From contig QEVF01000003.1 of the NCBI GenBank assembly GCA_003576915.1, positions 113,737 to 177,736 on the forward strand: a stretch of 64,000 nucleotides of DNA, in the 5' to 3' direction. This stretch comes from Planctomycetota bacterium. GTDB lineage: Bacteria; Planctomycetota; UBA8742; UBA2392. Position 1 is the stretch's first letter. Each line of letters begins with the position of its first letter. The notes below the pieces were generated by a model. That model had not been told where the DNA came from. It made no database searches and was given only the letters and a program-made list of their open reading frames with translations. The position numbers and the translations under genes were made by a program. Shown here piece after piece: positions 30,003 through 38,577 of this stretch.

Positions 30003-30674
30003 ATGGCGCCGCCGCCCACCTGGATCAATCTCTGGCTGGCCGACCTTTATGGTTTGGCTTGCCACGGCCTGTTCGGGGGCCTGGCCGGCCTCCTTGCGGC
30101 CTCAATGCTCTGCCTCGCCAGCGGTCTTTACCCCTGGTTTGACAACGACGTGTTGGCCTTGGGCCTCATGGGCCTGATGCTGGCTTTGCCCCTGGCCTGC
30201 GCTCTGGGTGCCGGACAGCCGGCGCGGGCCGCGGCAACCCGGGCCCTGGCCGCGGGTCTGGCGCTTTCACTGGTTCTCTCAGGCGTGGGGGGGCACTTCG
30301 CTGTCACGGCCTCCTGGTTCTGCGCGGCATCGCTGCTGGGGGCCGCCCTTGCGTCAGCGGCGCCTGCCGCGGGCGCTGTCGGCTGCGCCCTATGGCTGAT
30401 GCTCGGCGCGTTGCCATTCTTCTATCACAGGCTCGCCGGCGCGCCCCTGGGCGCCTCTCTGGAGGCCTGGGCCTCGCAGGGTTGCCCGTGGCTCGGCTTT
30501 GCCCAGGCGGCGCACACCCCCGACCCGCTGCGCAAGACCCTGCTCTACTTCGGACACTGGACCCCCCTGTCAGGCGCGCCGGCACAGGGCTTCCTCACGG
30601 CCCTTGAACTCTGGCTGATGGGTCTGCTGGCTTGGGGCGCAGCGCTGGCGCGCCCGCGCCATGCCGGGAGCTGA
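30003..30674 (+). CDS. Ala/Leu-rich polytopic membrane protein (hypothetical)
   Basis: Several hydrophobic helices. Its stop TGA lies 1 nt before the next ATG (TGAcATG), implying coupling to the CARF gene. Confidence 0.4.
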   Translation: MAPPPTWINLWLADLYGLACHGLFGGLAGLLAASMLCLASGLYPWFDNDVLALGLMGLMLALPLACALGAGQPARAAATRALAAGLALSLVLSGVGGHFAVTASWFCAASLLGAALASAAPAAGAVGCALWLMLGALPFFYHRLAGAPLGASLEAWASQGCPWLGFAQAAHTPDPLRKTLLYFGHWTPLSGAPAQGFLTALELWLMGLLAWGAALARPRHAGS

Positions 30675-30675
30675 C

Positions 30676-31185
30676 ATGCGCGTACTCGTCTCCTGGACGG
30701 GCAGCCGGCGCGAGCCCTACATGTTCCGGGGCGGCGTGCTCAGCGCGGGCACCCATCTGCAGGTGCTGCGCGACTCGCAGTTCGCCGGAACTTTTCAGCA
30801 TCATTATCTTCTCTCGGTGCCCGAGACTCTTGAAGATGCCGAGGCCATCGTGCGTGAATTGGCTTCGCTGGGCGCTCCCTGCCCCACAGACATTCTTTGC
30901 GTGCCCCTGGCCGACCCGACAGACCACGACCAGATTGCGGCGGCCCTGGCCCGCGCCCTGAAAGAAATTCACCGGACCCACCCCCTGCTCAAGAACGAAC
31001 TTTGGGTGCTGCTCAACACCGGAACACCTCAGATGCAGAGCGTGTGGCTGCTTCTGACAGCGCAGGGGGTGATTGCGGCGCGCCTGATCCAGAGCAGCCC
31101 GCCCTCGCTGGCGCGGGCCAGCGGCAGTGAGCCGGTGCGCGAGTTTGCGCCGGACCTGGAGGCCTGGCGGCGCCTGTTCGATTGA
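30676..31185 (+). CDS. standalone RtcR-type CARF domain protein (no AAA+/HTH output domain)
   Basis: GGGAG SD before ATG. Sequence VLLNTGTPQMQSVWLLLTAQGVIAARLIQSSPP matches my recollection of the E. coli RtcR N-terminal domain (ITTGTHVAQICWFLLAEARYLPARLIQSSPP). The protein ends about where the RtcR linker begins. Confidence 0.6.
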   Translation: MRVLVSWTGSRREPYMFRGGVLSAGTHLQVLRDSQFAGTFQHHYLLSVPETLEDAEAIVRELASLGAPCPTDILCVPLADPTDHDQIAAALARALKEIHRTHPLLKNELWVLLNTGTPQMQSVWLLLTAQGVIAARLIQSSPPSLARASGSEPVREFAPDLEAWRRLFD

Positions 31186-31373
31186 ATGGCGTTTGACTTT
31201 TGGCGGTAATCCCTGTTAGTTCAAGGGGCGCAGCCCAAGCAGATGGCGGAACAGGGCTTTTTCAGCAGTCTGCCCGGCCCGCGCAGTTGCACGGGCCGGC
31301 GGATTGACGGGCTTTGCCCGGCAATCCGGACTGTGCTTTCCGCTGGAAAGGTCAGCCTTTGGACTTTCTCAGC

Positions 31374-31513
31374 GGCCTGCAAACGCAAGCCATGGATGGC
31401 TTGCGCAGTTCAGGCGGCTGAAGAGCCGCTTGAGATGCAGGTCAGGACGAATTCATTTCGGCCTGACCGGGATGAAAAGGTGGCTGGATGCCACTTTTTC
31501 AACACCCTGCTAG
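31374..31513 (+). ncRNA. structured RNA-like element, copy A (leader of the dynamin-like gene)
   Basis: About 75% nt identity to an inverted copy at 40594-40732. Hairpin 1: cgcaagcc-atggat-ggcttgcg. Hairpin 2: ggtcagg...cctgacc. Hairpin 3: aaaaGGTGGC-tggat-GCCACttttt, ending 20 nt before the RBS and ATG of the dynamin-like gene. Confidence 0.45.
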
Positions 31514-31522
31514 GAACAGGAC

Positions 31523-33358
31523 ATGGCGGGCGCCTCACCCAATACGCTGACTCAAAGGCTGGATGAAAAGATCGCCGCCGGCCTGACGGAGGAGCGGCAC
31601 CTGCTCAACGATCTGCGTGACCTGCTCATCAAGCAGGATTTCGCCGAACAGATCGTCGACCAGACCACGAGCCTCAAGGACCACCTCGAGGAGCTGTTTC
31701 TGCTGGTCATCGTCGGCGAGGTGAAGGCCGGCAAGTCGAGCTTCATCAACACCCTGCTCAACGCGGACGTGTGCAAGGTGGGCGCCATTCCCACCACGGA
31801 CAAGATCCACATCCTCAAGCACGGCGACATCGAGCGCGAGAAAATCCACGAGGAGTTCCTCGTCGAGCGCCAGCTTCCCTTTGAGGCGCTGCGGAACATC
31901 AACATCGTTGATACGCCCGGCACGAATTCCATTGTCAAGCGCCACGGCGAAATCACGGAAAGCTTCATCCCCCGCTGCGACCTCGTGCTGTTCACCACCA
32001 GCGTGGACCGCCCCTTCAGCGAGACCGAGAAGGAGTTTCTCTCCCTGATCGTCAGCAACTGGTCGAAGAAGATACTCTTCATCCTGACCAAAAAGGACAT
32101 CAAGGAACCCCACGAGCTGGATGAGATACGCAAGTTCGTGATGGAGCAGATGAAGAAGTTCTTCGACCTCGAACCTCTGCTGTTCATCGTCAGCGCCAAG
32201 GAGGCGCGCAAGGCCAAACAAAGCGGCGACAACGCCCTCTATGAAACCAGCGGCTTCAAGGCGCTCGAGGATTACCTGTTCAAGACCCTGAGCGAGGGCG
32301 ACAAGCTCAGGCTCAAGCTGGAGAGCCCCATCGATTCCAGCGTGGCGATCTGCGACCAGGTGATCGCCGAATTTGACCGCCGCCTGGAGGGGCTGCGCGA
32401 CGACCGCAAGGTGCTCGAAAACATCCGCTCGCAGCTTGACCAGAGCGAGACAGACCTCAAGGAGAACTACGGCCGCTTCATCCTCGAGATCGACAATGTC
32501 ATCTACGAGATGGAACGCCGCGGCCGCAACTGGATCGACGATACGGTCAAGATTACCAACCTGGGCATCCTGCGCTCGGCCGAGCGGTTCAGGGCGCGGT
32601 TCAAGGATGAAGTCGTCAAGGACTACGAGGTCAAGATTGACGACGTGCTCAACAAGGCCGTCGACTGGTTCATGAAGAAGTACCTCAAGGTCTGGCAGGA
32701 CACGACCGAGTACTTCGCCGATCAGGCGGCCAAGCGGCCCCACGAAGGCATGGTCGGCAAAGTGGGCGCGAAGTTCGAGTACAACCGCGAGCGCATTTAC
32801 GACATGGTGCGCGCCAACGCCAAAGACCAGATCAAGAACTTCGACTACGACGACCAGGTGCGTCACTTCCTGTCGCGGGCCGGCATGGGCATCAACGCCG
32901 CCTTTGGCGGAACGCTCATCGGCGTCGGCGGCGCCGTGGCGGTCATCGCCCTGACGACCGCCGCGGGCTTCACCGTCGTGGACATCACCGGCATCGTGGC
33001 GGGCCTGACGGCGATTACCGGCGGCCTCCTGGTGCTGCCCATGCAGCGCCGCAGGATCCGCCAGCAGTTTTCCGACAAAGTGCTCGAACTCAAGGCCGGC
33101 CTCACCAAAGTGCTGCAGGAGCAGATACAGAAAGAGGCCCGCGACGCCATCGAGAAGATCCGCGAGTCCTTCGGCCCTTTCTTCGACTACGTCAAGCGCA
33201 CCAGCGGCGCCGTGGAAGAGTCCCGCAACAAGGTGCGGCAGATCCGCGAGGGCTTCCTCGATCTCAAGCGCCGCTTTGGCCGGACTCTTGAGGAAGAGGG
33301 CAAGGCCCTCGCCGCGCCACAGGCGCCTCAGCCTCAGCCGCCGGCGCCGCCGTCATAA
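31523..33358 (+). CDS. bacterial dynamin-like GTPase (BDLP family)
   Basis: G1 GEVKAGKSSFINTLL, G2 PTTD, G3 DTPG. C-terminal hydrophobic membrane-paddle segment GGTLIGVGGAVAVIALTTAAGFTVVDITGIVAGL. Confidence 0.85.
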   Translation: MAGASPNTLTQRLDEKIAAGLTEERHLLNDLRDLLIKQDFAEQIVDQTTSLKDHLEELFLLVIVGEVKAGKSSFINTLLNADVCKVGAIPTTDKIHILKHGDIEREKIHEEFLVERQLPFEALRNINIVDTPGTNSIVKRHGEITESFIPRCDLVLFTTSVDRPFSETEKEFLSLIVSNWSKKILFILTKKDIKEPHELDEIRKFVMEQMKKFFDLEPLLFIVSAKEARKAKQSGDNALYETSGFKALEDYLFKTLSEGDKLRLKLESPIDSSVAICDQVIAEFDRRLEGLRDDRKVLENIRSQLDQSETDLKENYGRFILEIDNVIYEMERRGRNWIDDTVKITNLGILRSAERFRARFKDEVVKDYEVKIDDVLNKAVDWFMKKYLKVWQDTTEYFADQAAKRPHEGMVGKVGAKFEYNRERIYDMVRANAKDQIKNFDYDDQVRHFLSRAGMGINAAFGGTLIGVGGAVAVIALTTAAGFTVVDITGIVAGLTAITGGLLVLPMQRRRIRQQFSDKVLELKAGLTKVLQEQIQKEARDAIEKIRESFGPFFDYVKRTSGAVEESRNKVRQIREGFLDLKRRFGRTLEEEGKALAAPQAPQPQPPAPPS

Positions 33359-33377
33359 CCCGCAACCTGGAGGTCCC

Positions 33378-34151
33378 ATGCGCCTTGGCCTAGCCACCCT
33401 CCCCCTGCTGTGCTTGCTGGCTGCCTGCCAGTCTCCCACCCCTGAAGCAGGCCAGACGCCAACCACGGCTCCTTCCTCACAGGGGTTCATGATGGCGCGA
33501 GCGAACTGCGACACCGGTGTCGCGCTGCTGGGCCTGTTCAAGGCATACCCCGACGCGCGCTTTTATCTGCACAAGAGCGCCGGCATCGTCACGCGCGATA
33601 CGACTCCCCCGGAGCTGAAGGCCCGGACGCTTGAAGATCTGGAGCGCGAAACGGCGGTGCCCGCGGGGCAGATGGTCTGGGTTACGGCGCTGCTGGACCA
33701 GCGCGAGATTTCCGTCAGCGTTTCCCACGCTCATATGACCGTCAAGGCCGGCCCCTACCTGTGGTCCGCGCGCGGCCGGCCCCGGGAGGCGGCGGGTGAG
33801 TTTGTGGATGGCGCCATCAAGCTGTTCAAGGCGGCCGGCGTGCGGTCAGCGCATTGGACCCTCAACTTCGCCGATCTGACGCCGGCCGACGTGCCGCGCC
33901 TGTGTGAGAAACTGGGCGTGACAGAGATGGAATGCTTTGGCGTGAGCAGCACCGGGCGGCTGGTGCCCCGCGACCCTGTGGCCCCGTCGCAACTGGGGCA
34001 GGTTCAGCGGCCGGCCGTGGCGCGCCGCGACGTGGAGGGCGGCCGGTTGACGGTGCGGCTCCTGGAGGGCATTGAGGACTTTCTTGTCGAGATCGAAAGC
34101 ACCAACGCCGACGCCTTTGAGCGTCTGGCCGAGCAGGCCGAGTCCCGATAA
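33378..34151 (+). CDS. hypothetical lipoprotein
   Basis: GGAGG before ATG. Lipobox MRLGLATLPLLCLLAACQS. Confidence 0.55.
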   Translation: MRLGLATLPLLCLLAACQSPTPEAGQTPTTAPSSQGFMMARANCDTGVALLGLFKAYPDARFYLHKSAGIVTRDTTPPELKARTLEDLERETAVPAGQMVWVTALLDQREISVSVSHAHMTVKAGPYLWSARGRPREAAGEFVDGAIKLFKAAGVRSAHWTLNFADLTPADVPRLCEKLGVTEMECFGVSSTGRLVPRDPVAPSQLGQVQRPAVARRDVEGGRLTVRLLEGIEDFLVEIESTNADAFERLAEQAESR

Positions 34152-34324
34152 CAGCAAAGGCTGCGGCGCCCGTGGCACAGGCCGTGCCACGGGGTGCAGT
34201 GAGGTAGTTGCAGCGGCAGGAAACCAATGGAACGGGATGACGCGTCAATGACGCACAGGCCGTGCAACGGAGGGCCGTAGCGCCCAGCTTTGGCGCAGGC
34301 AGGCGCTCCGCTCGCTGCAGTTTC

Positions 34325-37009
34325 CTATGCCAGACGCCGCCACCGCGTGCAGGCGACGAGCAGGGCCAGCAGGCCCAGCCACGTCACCACGGCCGACTGG
34401 TCCTCGCCCGTGCTGCAGCGCGGCCCTTCGTCTCCGTATTCGTCGCGACCGCCCACGGTGTTCACGGCCGCGTTGCGCACACTGACGGCCGTGGATTGCG
34501 GCGTTTGTGTCGCGAGCCACTGAACATCGGTTCCGCCTTCGATGCCCTTGAACGCCACGGTGACCTCGCCGCTGACCGGACGCGATGCGCGGCCAAGGCA
34601 GATCAGGAGGTTGCGCACGCCTGTGACGGGCAGGGGCGAACCCGTCAGCAGCAGGGGCAGCGCGACAGAGTCATCCAGCGGCGCGGCTTCACGGCAATAG
34701 AGCAGCATGTCTGTGGCGTCCAGGATGCCCAGGGGCCCGGCCCCTTCGAGGAACACCAGGGCGCGCAGGCCTACCATTTTCCCCGCGCCGCCCGAGGCGT
34801 GAGTGAACCCCAATCTCAGGCTCGGCGCATCTCCGCCCATGCCGCGACCGGTGAACCGCAGCCGCGCCAGAACGGCAAGCTGGCTGCCGCCAAAGACGGC
34901 GTTCCGGCTCATCTGAAACAGGTTGACGTCCACGCCGTTGGCGCTGCCGGGCTGAACGGTGAGAGTGCAACCGGTGACGTTGGCGCCGGCGGCGGCCGTA
35001 AGGGCGCTGATATCGGCCGTGGCAAGGCTGAGCGTATGGGAGACCCCGGCAGTAGCGGCCGTGAAATCCGCAGTCAGGAGGAAGGTGGACCCCGCGGCGT
35101 CAATCGAGATGGGCGAGGGCGGCGTGCAGGTGACAGTGCCGCTGACGCCCGAGACGACGACTCCCGCACAGACCAGCGTGTCGCCGGCGTCGAGGCGGCC
35201 CGGCGTGCTGCCCGAGTCGCGGTACAGATTGGCGCCGCTGATGCCGGTTGTGTTTCCGCGAAACACCAGGCCCGAGACGGTCGTGGTGCCGAAGCTGGTC
35301 TGCAGCAGGAAGGCGTTGGCCGGGTTGTTCGAGGAGGTCGCGGCGACGGGCATCGCGGCCAGGGAAGCCTCGGGTCTCGGGCGCAGCAGCACGGTGTTGC
35401 CCGTGCCCGCCACGAGCACGGCCACGCCCGCGGCCGAACCGAGCGGCGCCACATTTCCCGCCACGGCGTAGGCGAGGCTCGTCACGGAAGCGCTGACCGA
35501 GCCGTTGCCCGCAAAGGCGCCGCGCACGGCACAGACCAGCAGGTAATCCGCGCCTTCCTGGGTTAGGTATTCGCTGCAGGAGAAACTCAGGCTGGCCGAA
35601 ACCGGATCGCTGATGCTGCTCAAGAGAGTATCCGTCGCGTCCACGCCTCCGGAGCCGCTGCCCTCGCGATAGAGGCTGCAGGACGAAAGGTCGCTGGCGG
35701 CGAGGCCGGATAGGCTGAGGGTGAAGTTCATGCCGGTGACGATGGCGTTACCGTGGGCCGGAACGTTGCGCAGCTCGAAGCTGAGAAGCACCACGTTGGA
35801 TTGCCCGGCCCGGGCCAGCGGCACCGTTTCACTGAAGCGTGACACAGCCACACGGGCGACGGGCCCGCTGGCAAACTCGTGGACCTCGCTGAACAGGCCA
35901 CCGGTGACGCCCACGCTGCATGCCACATCGCCCAGGGCCGGAAGGATGCTGAAGGGTGCGGCGTTGATGCCACGCTGGAAGTAGGTGGTGAAGGCCGTGC
36001 TTTCCACGACCAGCAGGTAATTCACCGACGCTGCCACGATGGATTCGGAAAGTGCAAAGCCGGTGCTGGATGCGCCGGCCATGGACTGCGGGCCGCCGCC
36101 CAGGGGCACGTCGTTGCCCTCCAGCACGCCGATCTGGCCCTGGTCACGGTAGAGGACGAGGCTGAGCCCGTCCATCGCGGCCACGGACATATGCCGGACC
36201 GTGATGCCCGATACGAGCCCTCCCGCCTCGCGCGGATGCAGGGTGAAGGCGCCCACGACGAAGGTACGGTTGTCGCCCTGGAAGTCGCTTGCGGCGGGCC
36301 AGGCATTGAGGCGGGCGGTCAGGTCCACGCCGTTTGCGTAGACGTAGCCCGTGGGCGCAAGGGTCACCAGTTGGCCATTGGCGGGGCGCGCTGTTTGGAC
36401 GCTCAGCAGGTTGTTGAAGCCGGCGAAGCTCTGGCCCCCGGAGGGGCTGACGATGCCCGACACAAACGACGTGTCCTGGTTGAATCCGACCAGTTCAGGC
36501 CCGTAGTGCAGCTCGATGTTGCCGTTGGGGAAGACATGGCACTGGAAGTTGAAGTAAACGGCGCCGGCGTTGGCCGCGCAGGCCACGCGACGCCACTGAA
36601 ACACCACGCGACCCGCTTCCGGATAAATACCCAGGTTCTGGCTGCGATCGCCGGCGCAGAGATCGACTCTGAACACGTTGATGGCCGCCCGCAACTCCAC
36701 GGGGCCCACAGGCGCCGCAAGGCTGCCGGTGACGGCGCTGGTGACATCCGCCGTCGAGAACGCAAGCTGGCCGTTGGTGTTCATGAACACCTGCCGGTAG
36801 TTCCGGTCGAAGAACGGGAAGTCAAAGGGCAGAATGTAAGCCAGGGCGCCGTCATCCAGATCGCCCACGAGTGTGGCCGGGGCAGGGGCCCCGCCGCGCT
36901 CGGCATAGGCAAGCGTGGTCTGAAATCTGGTGTAGGATTGGGCGCCGAGGCTTGCAGCGAGCAGGCAAAGTACGACCGGCAGCGCGAAAACGCGCATCGT
37001 CGGGAACAT
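34325..37009 (-). CDS. large secreted repetitive protein (894 aa) with C-terminal hydrophobic/basic sorting-like tail
   Basis: Signal peptide MRVFALPVVLCLLAASLGAQS. Thr/Ser/Gly-rich beta-rich repeats. C-terminus CSTGEDQSAVVTWLGLLALLVACTRWRRLA resembles MYXO-CTERM-type anchors. Confidence 0.6.
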   Translation of the reverse strand: MFPTMRVFALPVVLCLLAASLGAQSYTRFQTTLAYAERGGAPAPATLVGDLDDGALAYILPFDFPFFDRNYRQVFMNTNGQLAFSTADVTSAVTGSLAAPVGPVELRAAINVFRVDLCAGDRSQNLGIYPEAGRVVFQWRRVACAANAGAVYFNFQCHVFPNGNIELHYGPELVGFNQDTSFVSGIVSPSGGQSFAGFNNLLSVQTARPANGQLVTLAPTGYVYANGVDLTARLNAWPAASDFQGDNRTFVVGAFTLHPREAGGLVSGITVRHMSVAAMDGLSLVLYRDQGQIGVLEGNDVPLGGGPQSMAGASSTGFALSESIVAASVNYLLVVESTAFTTYFQRGINAAPFSILPALGDVACSVGVTGGLFSEVHEFASGPVARVAVSRFSETVPLARAGQSNVVLLSFELRNVPAHGNAIVTGMNFTLSLSGLAASDLSSCSLYREGSGSGGVDATDTLLSSISDPVSASLSFSCSEYLTQEGADYLLVCAVRGAFAGNGSVSASVTSLAYAVAGNVAPLGSAAGVAVLVAGTGNTVLLRPRPEASLAAMPVAATSSNNPANAFLLQTSFGTTTVSGLVFRGNTTGISGANLYRDSGSTPGRLDAGDTLVCAGVVVSGVSGTVTCTPPSPISIDAAGSTFLLTADFTAATAGVSHTLSLATADISALTAAAGANVTGCTLTVQPGSANGVDVNLFQMSRNAVFGGSQLAVLARLRFTGRGMGGDAPSLRLGFTHASGGAGKMVGLRALVFLEGAGPLGILDATDMLLYCREAAPLDDSVALPLLLTGSPLPVTGVRNLLICLGRASRPVSGEVTVAFKGIEGGTDVQWLATQTPQSTAVSVRNAAVNTVGGRDEYGDEGPRCSTGEDQSAVVTWLGLLALLVACTRWRRLA

Positions 37010-37139
37010 GAAGGTCCTCCGGCGGGGATGGCTTGCGGGGAGCGCTCAGTTTGTCAATTGACCAAGCTCACTTCCAGCTTGAAGCGGCATTTGGCGGCTC
37101 CGGTCCGGAGCGTTGGTGGCCCCCTGGCGCGCGGCTACA

Positions 37140-37658
37140 ATGGCCCCCGTGCCGATCCACGTGCCCTGGGTTGACGGACTGGAACCTTTCAAAGTTGCGG
37201 TGACTCCGCGCCCGGAGGGGGGCGCCCGATTGCCGCGCGTCCTGGCGGCCATGCGCGCCCAGGGCGTCGAAGTCGTTGTCAGCATGCTGGAGCCCAAAGA
37301 GCAGGAGTGGCTCGACCTCGCAACCCAGCACGCCGCCTGCGTCCAGGCCGGCATCGATTATGTCAGTTGCCCCGTGCAGGATCGCGGCGTCCCCCGCGGC
37401 GTGGAACACATACTGCCCGTGGCGCGCCGGCTTGCCCGCGAGCTTTCGGCGGGACGAGGCGTGCTGTTCCACTGCTTTGCGGGTATCGGGCGCTCTCCCC
37501 TCATGGCGGCCTGCACGCTGGCCGTCTTGGGTGTGGCTCCGCTTCGGGCCTTGGAGGCCATCTCGCGGGCACGGGGCCTGCCCGTGCCGGACACCGATGA
37601 GCAACGCGCCTTCGTGCTTGAGTTTGCCCGGGGGCTCACGATTTACGGCGGCCAATGA
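37140..37658 (+). CDS. protein tyrosine/dual-specificity phosphatase
   Basis: PTP loop VLFHCFAGIGRS (CX5R). Confidence 0.7.
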   Translation: MAPVPIHVPWVDGLEPFKVAVTPRPEGGARLPRVLAAMRAQGVEVVVSMLEPKEQEWLDLATQHAACVQAGIDYVSCPVQDRGVPRGVEHILPVARRLARELSAGRGVLFHCFAGIGRSPLMAACTLAVLGVAPLRALEAISRARGLPVPDTDEQRAFVLEFARGLTIYGGQ

Positions 37659-38577
37659 ACTCCGCGCTCAGGTTGGCCAGCAGAATCATGGCCGCGCCGA
37701 ACACCAGCCAGGGCGTCACCTCCTCGCCGACGAGCAGCACGCTCAGGACAGTGGTGAACACGGGCGTCATGGTGAAGATGATGGCGGCGTGATTGGGGCT
37801 GACTTCCTTCTGCCAGGCGTTGAGCAGGGCCAATGCGATCACGCTTGAAACCAGCGCCAGGTAAATCTCGGCCAGCCAGAAGTCGAAGCTGGCGCCGATC
37901 GCGGCCAGGTCGCCGGCATTGAGCATGTCCCATGATCTCGGCGATGCGGCAAAGGCCAGCCCGCACATCGCGGCGCAGCTCGAAATCATCCAGAAGGTCT
38001 GCGAGGTCGTGTCGCCCTTTCGCGTGACCTGGTCCGTGAGAAGAATCTGCACGCCGTAGGCCGCCGCCGCGCCGATGTTCAGCCAGGCCGCCACGCTCAG
38101 GCCGGTCTGCGGCGGGCCGCCGATGAAGGCTGCCCCCGCCACCGCCAGCGGAATGCCGACCAGCACCCCCAGGCGCGGCTTGCGCCCCTGAAAAACCAGC
38201 CCGAACAGCGGGGCGAACACGACGAACAGGGCCACCAGAAAGGCGGCCTGGCCCGGCTGCATGTCGGCATAGGCCAGGCCGATAACCTGCAGCAGCAGGT
38301 GAACCCCGAAAGTAAATCCCAGCAGCGCGCCGGCCCCGACATTGAAGCGGCTGATGTGGCGCAGGCTTCGGGGCAGGATCAGGGGCATGAACAGCGCGGC
38401 GAGGCCAAATCGCACGGCGAGAAAGAACGTGCTGATTTCATAGTCGCGCTCGTCGCCCCACACCGCGCGCAGGGCGGCGGGGCCCGTCTCCAGGGCCACG
38501 AAGGCTCCGGCCCAGATCAGACAGACCAGGAGCAGCACCGCCACGGCCAGCCGCTCGCGCTTGGGCACTTCGCTCAT
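37636..38577 (-). CDS. EamA/DMT-family transporter (paralog 1)
   Basis: 10 TM helices. ATG at 38575-38577 overlaps the stop of the upstream paralog (ATGA). The 668-aa track ORF is an artefactual read-through. Confidence 0.8.
   Translation of the reverse strand: MSEVPKRERLAVAVLLLVCLIWAGAFVALETGPAALRAVWGDERDYEISTFFLAVRFGLAALFMPLILPRSLRHISRFNVGAGALLGFTFGVHLLLQVIGLAYADMQPGQAAFLVALFVVFAPLFGLVFQGRKPRLGVLVGIPLAVAGAAFIGGPPQTGLSVAAWLNIGAAAAYGVQILLTDQVTRKGDTTSQTFWMISSCAAMCGLAFAASPRSWDMLNAGDLAAIGASFDFWLAEIYLALVSSVIALALLNAWQKEVSPNHAAIIFTMTPVFTTVLSVLLVGEEVTPWLVFGAAMILLANLSAEFIGRRKS

Noticed and set aside
31186-31373. Possible sigma-54 promoter (GG-N11-TTGCA at ~31285-31305), which would match an RtcR-like regulator
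   Set aside because: The spacing between the GG and GC elements is 11 nt rather than the canonical 10, and no UAS is seen. I left it out of the feature table.
31535-32866. 443-aa minus-strand ORF
   Set aside because: Antisense to the dynamin-like GTPase, which has G1-G3 motifs.
34262-37174. 434-aa and 431-aa + strand ORFs
   Set aside because: Antisense to the large secreted protein gene. Translations are Arg/Gly/Ala/His-rich.
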